The position numbers and the translations under genes are program-made. Of a DNA stretch of 64,000 bases, positions 18,960 to 27,750 are shown one piece after another (position 1 is the first letter of the stretch; the number at the start of each line of letters is the position of its first letter). A model generated the notes under the pieces. It was given only the letters and a program-made list of their open reading frames with translations. It was not told the DNA's origin and ran no database searches. This stretch comes from Anaerohalosphaeraceae bacterium (GTDB lineage: Bacteria > Planctomycetota > Phycisphaerae > Sedimentisphaerales > Anaerohalosphaeraceae): contig JBNRMN010000089.1 in assembly GCA_050309605.1 (NCBI GenBank), positions 40,417 to 104,416 of the forward strand. Reading direction: 5' to 3'.

Positions 18960-19784
18960 ATGGAAACACAATTAAAGATATTAAATATCCTCAGAAAAGT
19001 AAGATGCCGACACGTGTTGTTTGCCGGCAATAAGACTGCCCCGCCGATGATGGCCTTTGCCGTTCATTTTCCGCGTCTGACCATTCCCCTTACCGGAATT
19101 TATCATACCCAACTCGAGCAAAATCGCACAATCGTTGACCTTGCCCTCAGACCCGGCCAAGCCATCTTCATTCCGCCGAACTGCTGGGATAAGCCCGATA
19201 TGAAGCACCGCTGCGAAACGCTGCATTTTCTGTTCGGTAAGCGCCACACGGGCATCAGCCTGGTCACAAGCGGTGCCGACGTCAAGGCCCTCAAAGTCGC
19301 GCTTTCCCACGCCATGGCCGGCCCGGAACAGCGTATCATTGACGCCATTCTGGAGCTGCAGCAACTGAATACCCATTTCGCCGCGTTTGATCACTTGGTC
19401 ATGGCACTGCTGAGCTGTTATGAAAACCGGCTCACAAATTACGACGCGCCCATCCCGAAACATGCCAATATGCTGTTTCAGGAAATCTGCGTTTATATCC
19501 AGGAAAATTTTCAGCAGGAAATCTCACGTGAATCCGTCGCCCGACAGTTCGATATCTCACCCAACCATCTCTCGCGCTTGTTCAAAACGAACGGCTATAT
19601 GAAATTCTGTGATTATGTCAATTACGTCCGCATCAATCGCGCCAAATTTCTGCTGCGAAATTATGATTTGCCCCTTTATCACATTGCCGCACGCTGCGGC
19701 TACAATGATGTGGTCTATTTTTGCCGAATTTTCAAAAAAATCACCAAAAAAACCACGAAACAATACCGATATCAGCTTCTCTGA
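18960..19784 (+). CDS. AraC family regulator, YijO-like
   Basis: HFPRL...PGQAIFIP...LFGK N-domain and RESVA...ISPNHLSRLF...YFCRIFKK HTH resemble E. coli YijO of the frw PTS cluster; start placed downstream of the promoter. Confidence 0.85.
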   Translation: METQLKILNILRKVRCRHVLFAGNKTAPPMMAFAVHFPRLTIPLTGIYHTQLEQNRTIVDLALRPGQAIFIPPNCWDKPDMKHRCETLHFLFGKRHTGISLVTSGADVKALKVALSHAMAGPEQRIIDAILELQQLNTHFAAFDHLVMALLSCYENRLTNYDAPIPKHANMLFQEICVYIQENFQQEISRESVARQFDISPNHLSRLFKTNGYMKFCDYVNYVRINRAKFLLRNYDLPLYHIAARCGYNDVVYFCRIFKKITKKTTKQYRYQLL

Positions 19785-19969
19785 GCTGAAAGCACGGCAC
19801 AAATCATTCGCTGAATCCCGCAGTCAACGTCATCTTTATGGAAAAGAAAAAGGTCTTTTTTGTGCACTTTTAGGTGTTACTGCTCTCCATGTTGCTGCGC
19901 TGGGCAACCATGGAGTACACTTGATAAGCCGAAATCAGCCTATTTTCGCATAATTTTGTAAAAAATGTA

Positions 19970-19997
19970 TTGACACCTTTTGAAAATGACCTATACT
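19970..19997 (+). promoter_or_regulatory. sigma70 promoter of rplM-rpsI
   Basis: TTGACA-16 bp-TATACT. Confidence 0.7.
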
Positions 19998-20038
19998 TTG
20001 CCCTTTTATAAAGGGAACTTTGGGAGTCGTACATCAAT

Positions 20039-20467
20039 ATGAAAAGCTATTTAGCCAAGAACAATGAAGTTGAACGCAAGTGGCGCGTCGTGGATGCCGA
20101 TGGTCAGGTCCTCGGACGGCTGGCGGTCAAGGTCGCGATGGCCCTGATGGGCAAAGACAAGCCCGTCTATACGCCCCACGTGGATACCGGTGATTTTGTC
20201 GTCATCGTCAACGCCGACAAGATCGTGCTGACGGGCAATAAAGCCGAACAGAAATTCCATCAGACCTACAGCCGTTATCCCGGCGGCCAGAAAATCTATT
20301 CCTACGCTCGAATGATGGAACGCCATCCCGATCGTCTGGTCAAGCTGGCTGTTAAGCGGATGCTGCCGAAAAACACGCTCGGCCACAATATGTTCCGCAA
20401 ACTGAAGGTCTATGCCGGCCCGGAACATCCGCATACCGCCCAGCAGCCCATCAAAATGGAACTGTAA
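20039..20467 (+). CDS. rplM: 50S ribosomal protein L13
   Basis: WRVVDADGQVLGRLA, KPVYTPHVDTGD, KLKVYAGPEHPH. Confidence 0.98.
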   Translation: MKSYLAKNNEVERKWRVVDADGQVLGRLAVKVAMALMGKDKPVYTPHVDTGDFVVIVNADKIVLTGNKAEQKFHQTYSRYPGGQKIYSYARMMERHPDRLVKLAVKRMLPKNTLGHNMFRKLKVYAGPEHPHTAQQPIKMEL

Positions 20468-20509
20468 CGCAACAGAAACCCAAAGATACGTGCAGGAAAC
20501 AAGACAAGT

Positions 20510-20995
20510 ATGACAGAACTGAATAACGAAAACCCTTTGATCGATCCGAATATTCTGAACAAAACCCCGGTCGCAGTGCCTGACGCTCCGAAGGGAATTC
20601 CGGACAAAGGCGGTTTTATTTGGGGTACGGGCCGACGTAAAAGCAGTATCGCACGTGTCCGGATTCGTCCTGGTTCGGGTGCTTTGACCATCAACGGAAA
20701 AACCGTTGACGAGTATTTCAAGCTGCAAAAGGACCGCAACGCCGTTCGCGCGCCGTTGACCGCTGTGGGCGGCGGCGATCATCTGGATGTCTTCGTTCGG
20801 GTCGAAGGCGGCGGCACAACCGGTCAGGCCGGTGCTGTGATGCTGGGCATTGCACGTGCTTTGAAAAGCTATGATCCGACGCTCTTGCCGGCCCTGCGCG
20901 AGGGCGGCTATCTGACACGCGACAGCCGGATGGTTGAACGCAAAAAACCCGGCAAGCCCGGCGCTCGCCGAAGTTTCCAGTTCTCCAAACGTTAA
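20510..20995 (+). CDS. rpsI: 30S ribosomal protein S9 (N-terminal extension)
   Basis: GTGRRKSSIARV, GGGTTGQAGA, ERKKPG...QFSKR. Confidence 0.98.
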   Translation: MTELNNENPLIDPNILNKTPVAVPDAPKGIPDKGGFIWGTGRRKSSIARVRIRPGSGALTINGKTVDEYFKLQKDRNAVRAPLTAVGGGDHLDVFVRVEGGGTTGQAGAVMLGIARALKSYDPTLLPALREGGYLTRDSRMVERKKPGKPGARRSFQFSKR

Positions 20996-21019
20996 ATACA
21001 ATGGTCAGCAGAATCTTAC

Positions 21020-21044
21020 AGGGCGGCGAAAAACCGCCCTTTTT
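21020..21044 (+). terminator. Intrinsic terminator after rpsI
   Basis: AGGGCGG-loop-CCGCCCT followed by TTTT. Confidence 0.85.
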
Positions 21045-21099
21045 GTTGCGCACCGCCCCGTTATCCGGGCACACCTGAAAGCACGAACCGATCCGGACA

Positions 21100-22509
21100 T
21101 CAGTCGATTTCCACCACATCCTGATACTGCGGCACCACGACGTCCCAGCCGGTATTCTCAACAAGATAGTCTTTGAAGGCATGGGCTGATTCTTTTTCGC
21201 CGTGCACAAGAAAGACCTTTCGCGGCGGGGTCTTGATGTGTTTGAGCCAGGCCAGGATTTCCCCCCGGTCGGCGTGAGCACTGAAGCCGTGCACCTGCAC
21301 GACGTTGGCCTTGAGCGGATATGTCTGGCCCAGAATACGCACTTCAGGCGTTTTTTCAAGAATCAAACGCCCCAGCGTTCCCTTGGCCTGATAGCCGACA
21401 AACAGAATGGTGCTTTCCGGACGGGTGATATTGTTGACGAGATGATGTTTGACACGGCCGCCGGTACACATGCCTGAACCGGCGATAATCATCACCGTAC
21501 CGCGAATATGGTTAATCGCCTTGGATTCGGCAGTGGACTGGACGAGTTTGAGGCCGCGAAAACTGAACGGCGATTCATTCTGCACGACCAATCGGGCCAT
21601 CTCCTTGTCGTACAGTTCCGGATGGTTCTTGAAGACCTCAGTCACCTTGACGGCCATGGGACTGTCCAAAAACGTCATAATATGCGGGACGCGGTCTTCA
21701 ATCAGCAGCTCATTCATATAATACAGCACTTCCTGACTGCGGCCGACGGAAAAACTGGGAACAATAATGTTGCCGCCGGCCTGATGCGCATCATTAACGG
21801 CCTTACAGAGCTGCTCCTTGGTATCTTCGACGGATGAATGTGTTCGGTCGCCATACGTCGATTCAACCAGCAGATAATCGGCTTTCGTAAAGGTCGCCGG
21901 ATCGCGAAGGATAGGTTTGTCGGTCCGTCCAAAATCACCCGTAAACAGAATGGTACGGCACTGGCCGTTACGACAGACATCGACTTTAATCACGGCGGCG
22001 CCGAGAATATGCCCGGCGGTATAAAAAGCGGCCTCAATGCCGTCGCCGATTGGAACAACCTCCTTGAATTTGACCGGATGAAATCGGTCGAAACAGGCCT
22101 CGGCCTCCTGCATCGTATAAAGCGGTTCGACCGGACGCGGTCCTTGACGGCCTTCCCGTTTATGCCGTTTACGCTTATATTCTGCATCTTCTTCCTGCAG
22201 TTTGCCGGCGTCGAGCAGCACAATCTTGGCAATCTCGGTCGTGGCTTCTGTAGCGTAAATGTTCCCCTTAAACCCTTCTTTGACCAGTTTGGGAATCAAT
22301 CCGCAGTGATCCAAATGAGCGTGCGTCAGCAAAATGGCATCCACGTCGGACGGCTCAACGCCGAAATCCTCCCAGTTGCGATACTGATAGTCGCGTTCCT
22401 GGTACAGGCCGCAATCAATCATCACTTTGGAATGATTGAACTCCAGCACATGCCGGGAACCGGTAACATTTTCGGCTGCCCCCAAAAATCGCAATTTAAT
22501 ATCCATCAT
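21100..22509 (-). CDS. MBL-fold beta-CASP ribonuclease (YSH1/TTHA0252-like)
   Basis: THAHLDHCG, AGHILG, ESTYG, AGSGMCTGGR, FSAHAD. Confidence 0.92.
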   Translation of the reverse strand: MMDIKLRFLGAAENVTGSRHVLEFNHSKVMIDCGLYQERDYQYRNWEDFGVEPSDVDAILLTHAHLDHCGLIPKLVKEGFKGNIYATEATTEIAKIVLLDAGKLQEEDAEYKRKRHKREGRQGPRPVEPLYTMQEAEACFDRFHPVKFKEVVPIGDGIEAAFYTAGHILGAAVIKVDVCRNGQCRTILFTGDFGRTDKPILRDPATFTKADYLLVESTYGDRTHSSVEDTKEQLCKAVNDAHQAGGNIIVPSFSVGRSQEVLYYMNELLIEDRVPHIMTFLDSPMAVKVTEVFKNHPELYDKEMARLVVQNESPFSFRGLKLVQSTAESKAINHIRGTVMIIAGSGMCTGGRVKHHLVNNITRPESTILFVGYQAKGTLGRLILEKTPEVRILGQTYPLKANVVQVHGFSAHADRGEILAWLKHIKTPPRKVFLVHGEKESAHAFKDYLVENTGWDVVVPQYQDVVEID

Positions 22510-22572
22510 ATCCCCTAAGAAATGCGATCACAAAATCGCTCATTTAATCTGTCATTTTGCATTATCCGGAGT

Positions 22573-23766
22573 TTATTGCACGCCGGGTTTGAGGAACAGA
22601 TAGTACAACACCCCTTCCTCATAAACCTGCCCGGCCATCTGTCCGGCCTGGTCGCCGATGCCCATATACACATCGCAGCGTCCCGGTGCACGAATCGCAC
22701 CGCCGGTATCCTGATCCAGCGCAAAGCCGGTATAGGGCGCTTTGGCAATCCTGCCGCCAATCGGACGGGGCAGGCGTGTCTTAATCAGTGTTAAACCGCC
22801 GCGCGGATAGATGGCCTTGTCGGTGGCAATCGTTCGCATCGGAATAACCGGCTCATTCAGACTGCCGCGCGGGTCACCCTCATCTGTGCGGAAGAACACG
22901 TAACGCGGGTTCTGGTTGATATACCGGTCGATTTGATTCGGATGGGCCTTGAAATAATCAATCATTGCCTTAAGGCTCAGTCCCGAAGCCGGTACAATGC
23001 CGTCGTCGATCATTTTTCGACCGACGCTTTGATAGTCGTGCCCGTTGGTGGCCGCATAGCCGAGGGTGATCAACGTGCCGTCAGGCAGCCGGAGTTTGGC
23101 CGAGCCTTGCACATGGGCAATATACACCTCAAATGGGTCGGCCATCCAGGCAATCTCCTGACCCTCGAGCATTCCGGATTGTTCAATTTCCCGGCGCGAC
23201 GGATACGGCACAACCGCGCCGCCGCCCATATCCCGTCCCAAAATCTCCCCTGTGGGGCCTTTAACCAAATCTTTCGGCTGGGCGTACAGCGGATAGCGAT
23301 ACGTCTCGGTTCGAGTCAGCGAGCCGTCAAAGATCGGCGTATAGTAGCCGGTGTACAAAACTGTCCCGCGGTCGTCGCAGCCGACGGATTGGTAAAAATC
23401 AAACTTCTCCCGAATCGCTGCTTCCAACGGCCGTCCGACCAGCCCCTGATCGAGCAATCGGCCGAACGCCTTTAAGCTGGCCACGGCGTGGTCGTGGGTA
23501 ATGCCGTTGCTGGGGAAAAACTGACGGCTGGACGGCTTGGACAAATAGCTCAAACTGTGGTCAACCGCCCGTCTCAGCTCCATCGTGTTGTAGCAGGCAA
23601 AGGTGAAATCCGGTATCATCGCCGGATCGGTAATCTTACGCAGGGCATATTGACCCGGCGGCAATTGCCGTTCATAGTCCGGCGTCTCAACAATTTCAGC
23701 GGTTTTACATCCGGTCAATACGGTGATCGCCGCCCATACACACACCCCTATGCACTTCAACTTCAT
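22573..23766 (-). CDS. mltA: Membrane-bound lytic murein transglycosylase A (lipoprotein)
   Basis: Lipobox LTGC after ATG 23766; YTGYYTP, HVQGS, NPRYVFF, DQDTGGAI 3D domain. Confidence 0.9.
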   Translation of the reverse strand: MKLKCIGVCVWAAITVLTGCKTAEIVETPDYERQLPPGQYALRKITDPAMIPDFTFACYNTMELRRAVDHSLSYLSKPSSRQFFPSNGITHDHAVASLKAFGRLLDQGLVGRPLEAAIREKFDFYQSVGCDDRGTVLYTGYYTPIFDGSLTRTETYRYPLYAQPKDLVKGPTGEILGRDMGGGAVVPYPSRREIEQSGMLEGQEIAWMADPFEVYIAHVQGSAKLRLPDGTLITLGYAATNGHDYQSVGRKMIDDGIVPASGLSLKAMIDYFKAHPNQIDRYINQNPRYVFFRTDEGDPRGSLNEPVIPMRTIATDKAIYPRGGLTLIKTRLPRPIGGRIAKAPYTGFALDQDTGGAIRAPGRCDVYMGIGDQAGQMAGQVYEEGVLYYLFLKPGVQ

Positions 23767-23981
23767 AATCACTCCATTGAACAGTATTTTGCCTTTTTTT
23801 AGACGCTGCGACCGGGCATCGCGCAGTACGCACCTGTCGTTCTGAACCGTGAACATTATTATACCATCGGGCAAATCAGGTGGATTTCTTTAGACTTGCC
23901 GGAGATAATCCGCTCCTCGGAAAAACCCACCGACACGGACAGGCAAAGGCAGACCTCGTCGTCGGCCGGCATAGAACTCAC

Positions 23982-24857
23982 TTACCGACAAAATTTAGCG
24001 GTTATAATCTTATAAACCAGCTTGGCCGCGAAGAAATTCGCCCCCCAATGGGCATCATGCGGGCATAGCTCCACCACGTCAAAACCGACAAGGTTTTTCT
24101 GTCTGCACACCGCCTTGGCCAGTTCAATCACATCGTACCAGCCCAATCCCCCCGGCTCCGGCGTGCCGGTGGCCGGTAATACGGCCGGATCGAACGCATC
24201 CAGATCGATGGTTAAATACACCTGGTCGGTCAGCAGCGAAACAACCTGTTCGATCCACTCACGACGCGGCCTGTCGTGTATTTGGTGTGCAAAAAAGACC
24301 CGGCGGGTATCCATTACGCTTTTTTCCGAGGTATCCATACTGCGGATTCCGACCTGAACAATGGGACACAACTGCCCGGCTCGCGCCATTACACAAGCGT
24401 GGTTGTATGCACTGCCCTCATATGCGTTGCGGAGATCCGAATGGGCGTCTAACTGAAGAATGGTCAGATTGTCAAATGCCTCGGCCGCAGCGCGAAACGC
24501 TCCAATGCTGACGGAATGTTCCCCGCCGAGCACCACTGGAAATTTTCCTCGACGCAGCCAGTTGCCCACCCGCTGATGCACCGCTGCAACCATCGCTTCA
24601 GGCGTCTTAAGCTCGTCAATGGGCAAATCCGTATAAATGCCCCGACGATACACCTCACAGTCCATCTCGATATCATAGAATTCCAGATGATAAGAGGCCT
24701 CAAGGATCGCCGCCGGGCCGCGATCCGCCCCTTTGATCCACGTACTGGTGCCGTCATACGGCGCCGGAATCAAGACGCTTTGGGCGGTTTCAGGGTCGCG
24801 ATACGCCGGCGCAAAATCACCGAATTGTAAAGGCCGTGCTGTCATGGCATCGGACAA
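23982..24857 (-). CDS. speB: Agmatinase
   Basis: GGEHS, DAHSD, DLDAFDP...TGTPEPGG ureohydrolase motifs; adjacent to arginine decarboxylase. Confidence 0.92.
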   Translation of the reverse strand: MSDAMTARPLQFGDFAPAYRDPETAQSVLIPAPYDGTSTWIKGADRGPAAILEASYHLEFYDIEMDCEVYRRGIYTDLPIDELKTPEAMVAAVHQRVGNWLRRGKFPVVLGGEHSVSIGAFRAAAEAFDNLTILQLDAHSDLRNAYEGSAYNHACVMARAGQLCPIVQVGIRSMDTSEKSVMDTRRVFFAHQIHDRPRREWIEQVVSLLTDQVYLTIDLDAFDPAVLPATGTPEPGGLGWYDVIELAKAVCRQKNLVGFDVVELCPHDAHWGANFFAAKLVYKIITAKFCR

Positions 24858-25409
24858 TCAGTCAAACAGGCACACCGCCAGGGCGACCGTTGTAGTCCAC
24901 ATATCCCTGACGCCGCGGGCGGTTTGGGTAATATTGGTCGTATTGATGAACAGTCCGCTGGATTTGTAGGCCTGCTCCTTTTCCGACCAGGCCAAATCCG
25001 GATTCACATCCACACCCAGCGTCGTGCCGAGCATCTCGGCGGCCAGGTCCTCGGCCATATCCTCGGCCTCGCGTTTGTTCATTCCGTGGCCGTGAACCTC
25101 GCTGAGGTAGCCCCACTTCGTATCGTCTTTGGGAACAGCCACGCCCACCGAAGAGGCAATCAGCCGACCGTGCTCATTGGTATCGCATCGCGCCAGTACA
25201 CAAAAGCAGATGGAACCGGGCACAAGCTGCTTGATCCCCTCATTTCGGCTGATCACTTTGCATTTGGGCGGCAAAATCGAAGAAATCTGCACCAGGTTCT
25301 GCTGGGCAACACCGGCCTGACGCAGCGCATCTTCAAACGATTTCAACTGATATTTATGCTGACCGACTCCCTTGGTCAAAAAGATCTTTGTGGGAACAAG
25401 TTCGTTCAT
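24858..25409 (-). CDS. pdaD: Pyruvoyl-dependent arginine decarboxylase
   Basis: VPTKIFLTKGVG, SFEDALRQAG, NLVQISSILPP (Ser-Ser autocleavage site), GYLSE. Confidence 0.92.
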   Translation of the reverse strand: MNELVPTKIFLTKGVGQHKYQLKSFEDALRQAGVAQQNLVQISSILPPKCKVISRNEGIKQLVPGSICFCVLARCDTNEHGRLIASSVGVAVPKDDTKWGYLSEVHGHGMNKREAEDMAEDLAAEMLGTTLGVDVNPDLAWSEKEQAYKSSGLFINTTNITQTARGVRDMWTTTVALAVCLFD

Positions 25410-25690
25410 CGTACCGTTCTCCTTGCGTAAAGGTTATCGTGGCGATTCCCCAAAACAATTAAAAGCGGGGATTATACACAACAGAATCCCGATTACAACC
25501 AAAATCACACAAAAACCTTGAAGAATCAAGGGATATTTTACCTCAACAAGCCGCTTGAAACACAAAATAATCCGATCTGTCTGTCAATTTATTTCGTATA
25601 GTTTACCCTGATGAAGCGAACAACTGAATCGCAACGCGATAAATCGTATTAAGAAAAAGTGTGGGTTTTCGTGAAAAGTCAAAAAGCCTG

Positions 25691-25718
25691 TTGCCTATTC
25701 TAAAGAAAACCCTATAAT
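25691..25718 (+). promoter_or_regulatory. sigma70 promoter of dksA-like gene
   Basis: TTGCCT-16 bp-TATAAT. Confidence 0.55.
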
Positions 25719-25806
25719 TCCCGCGATATATTGGAGTCGGCCCCTTGCGGCCGGAGCTGTTTGACAGTGCGATAATCAATCAAAAATGGAGTGAAATCGA
25801 ACAGAT

Positions 25807-26379
25807 ATGGCAAAGAAGAAAACAACGACGGGTTTATCCAAGAGAGAACTTGAAAAATATCGCCGGCTGCTGCTGGAAAAATGGCGTGAAATCGTCGGCG
25901 ATGTGACCGCAATGGAAGAAAATATATTTCAGGGCGGCGGCGAGCTGTCGAGCATGCCCGTACACATGGCCGATATTGGGACGGACAGTTTTGAGCAGGA
26001 ATTCGGGTTGGATTTGCTGGCCGAGGAAAAGAAAATCCTGGTCGAAATCCAGCAGGCCCTCAAACGCATCGAAACCGGCGAGTTCGGCATCTGCGAGGGG
26101 CTGGGCATTCCGATTGAAAAAAAGCGTCTGGAAGCCATTCCCTGGACGCGGTACAGCCTCGAATACGCCCAAATGCTCGAAAAGAATCAGGGCGGGTTCA
26201 AATACCGCAATCTCAAGAGCCGCCCCATCGATATTGACCGGACCGCCGAAGAGATCGACGAAGACGAAGATGACAGCGACGCCGCCGATTCCGACGATGT
26301 GGAACTGGGTGAAGGGATGGAAAGCCTGGACGCCCTCGAAGAAGAGGAAGAAGACCACGAAGAGCGGGAAATCGCGTAA
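25807..26379 (+). CDS. dksA: DksA/TraR family protein, degenerate zinc finger, acidic C-tail
   Basis: Coiled coil with HMADIGTD tip, ALKRIETGEFGIC...RLEAIPW; only one Cys. Confidence 0.8.
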   Translation: MAKKKTTTGLSKRELEKYRRLLLEKWREIVGDVTAMEENIFQGGGELSSMPVHMADIGTDSFEQEFGLDLLAEEKKILVEIQQALKRIETGEFGICEGLGIPIEKKRLEAIPWTRYSLEYAQMLEKNQGGFKYRNLKSRPIDIDRTAEEIDEDEDDSDAADSDDVELGEGMESLDALEEEEEDHEEREIA

Positions 26380-26411
26380 CAGGATTTCACGACCTCATAT
26401 ATCGGCATCGG

Positions 26412-27083
26412 CTATTTGCCCCGTTGCTCGTCGTACAGCATCACCTGCAGACGCGGCGAAAAGGCAAAGCCGGTTTGCAGGCAGTACTCGGCCAGCCAGA
26501 GGGATTTTTCGATATATTCCTCGCGTCGCACGGCCTGCGGCATCAGACAGATCCGCTCCGGATCGACGCAGCCGAGCCGCTCGATACAGTCGGCAATGTC
26601 ATCCAGATCCTGCGGACGATCCACCACAAATTTCAATTGATAGCGATAGGCCGCCAGCAGTGCCGACAGCGCCGCCGTATTCAGCCGCGCCGACTCGGCC
26701 CTATCGTCTTCCGCTCCGACGGAATTGGACAATTTGGGGCTGACGCTCAGCAGATGAATCGGCAAATCGGCTATGAATTGCAGTCCGGCTGTTTCGAGCG
26801 TAATGAGATACCCCGCCTTGGCAAAGACATCCAAAAAGGCCGCCAAATCCGGCTGTACCAACGGCTCGCCGCCGGTAATGACCAGATGGCGCGTGGGATA
26901 GATGCCGACCCGACTCAGCAGTGACTCGGCGGTCTGTTCCGTGCCCGCCTGAAAATCCCGCGCATAAGCCGTATCGCACCACCTGCAGCGCAGCGGACAG
27001 CCCGCCAGGCGGATAAACACGCTCGGCACGCCCGCATAAAAGCCCTCGCCCTGCAGGGAATAAAAAAACTCACTGATTCGCAT
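26412..27083 (-). CDS. queE: 7-carboxy-7-deazaguanine synthase (radical SAM)
   Basis: EFFYSLQGEG, GCPLRCRWCDT, ITGGEP, SVSPK, PRLQ. Confidence 0.9.
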   Translation of the reverse strand: MRISEFFYSLQGEGFYAGVPSVFIRLAGCPLRCRWCDTAYARDFQAGTEQTAESLLSRVGIYPTRHLVITGGEPLVQPDLAAFLDVFAKAGYLITLETAGLQFIADLPIHLLSVSPKLSNSVGAEDDRAESARLNTAALSALLAAYRYQLKFVVDRPQDLDDIADCIERLGCVDPERICLMPQAVRREEYIEKSLWLAEYCLQTGFAFSPRLQVMLYDEQRGK

Positions 27084-27125
27084 TCATCGGTTCCCGATAA
27101 GTCGCCGTTGACGCCTGCCGCGCGA

Positions 27126-27344
27126 TCAGCCGCCGGTTCCCGATGCGAACTCGCCGCACCAGTTGCTGTCATAAACCTTCGGCCAGTGGATATCGGTTTT
27201 GTACGTCCCCAGGGCGTCGGATTTGGGGATAAACGCCGGGTCATTGGGGCGCGGGGCATACCGCCGACATTCGCCGTGGCCTTCGCCGACACGCTCGAAG
27301 TAAATACATTCCGGACATGTTGGACCTTGATGCTGCATCGTCAT
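27126..27344 (-). CDS. Small four-cysteine hypothetical protein
   Basis: AGGAGG RBS; CxxC...GECRRYAP...WPKV...WCGEF pattern. Confidence 0.7.
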   Translation of the reverse strand: MTMQHQGPTCPECIYFERVGEGHGECRRYAPRPNDPAFIPKSDALGTYKTDIHWPKVYDSNWCGEFASGTGG

Positions 27345-27434
27345 CGCAGAGCCTCCTAAAAAGAATCCGACTTGTTACGGTTCATAATGTTCAGTTTAAT
27401 CGTTCCCGGCAGGCAGGTCAACAACGGATGCGAA

Positions 27435-27729
27435 AACAAACGCGGCACAACAAACGCGGCACAACAGCGCGGCCGCGCAAGCGGCCCGATGGGGCATAAC
27501 GCCGTGGGTGGTGTCATCCGGCGGCTTGCGCCGCTCGGCTATTGTAAACAATAGCGCGGCCGCGCAAGCGGCCCGATACGGGATACGGATAGATGGGGCG
27601 TTTTGCAAGACGCAACATTATCCGACGGCTCGCGCCGCTCGGCTGGTGTGGGTGTCGTCATCCGGCGGCTTGCGCCGCTCGGCTATTGTACGTATCGCTA
27701 TCCGGTCGCTGGCGCGGCTCGGCTGTTGT
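27435..27729. repeat. REP/BIME-like palindromic repeat cluster plus a 14-bp tandem duplication
   Basis: AGCGCGGCCGCGCAAGCGGCCCGAT at 27466 and 27553; inverted TCATCCGGCGGCTTGCGCCGCTCGGCTATTGTA at 27514 and 27658; degenerate copies at 27618 and 27698; AACAAACGCGGCAC x2 at 27435. Confidence 0.85.
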
Positions 27730-27750
27730 CGGTCCGCGCGGAGGATCGTG

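Noticed and set aside
19884..19914. Hairpin CTCCATG-TTGC...GCAA-C-CATGGAG as an L13 leader or ncRNA
   Set aside because: Lies upstream of the predicted rplM promoter, so not in its leader; single copy with no family features
25636..25665. Zur box upstream of the one-Cys dksA
   Set aside because: TAAATCGTATT resembles only half of a Firmicutes-type box and has no palindromic partner
26412..27083. Radical SAM gene as NrdG activase or part of a dpd DNA-modification island
   Set aside because: Neighbouring RNR is class II and needs no activase; motifs fit QueE; no dpdA/tgt-like or other dpd genes in the window
27435..27729. Possible CRISPR array
   Set aside because: Repeats occur in both orientations with irregular spacing and degeneracy, and there are no cas genes; fits REP/BIME better
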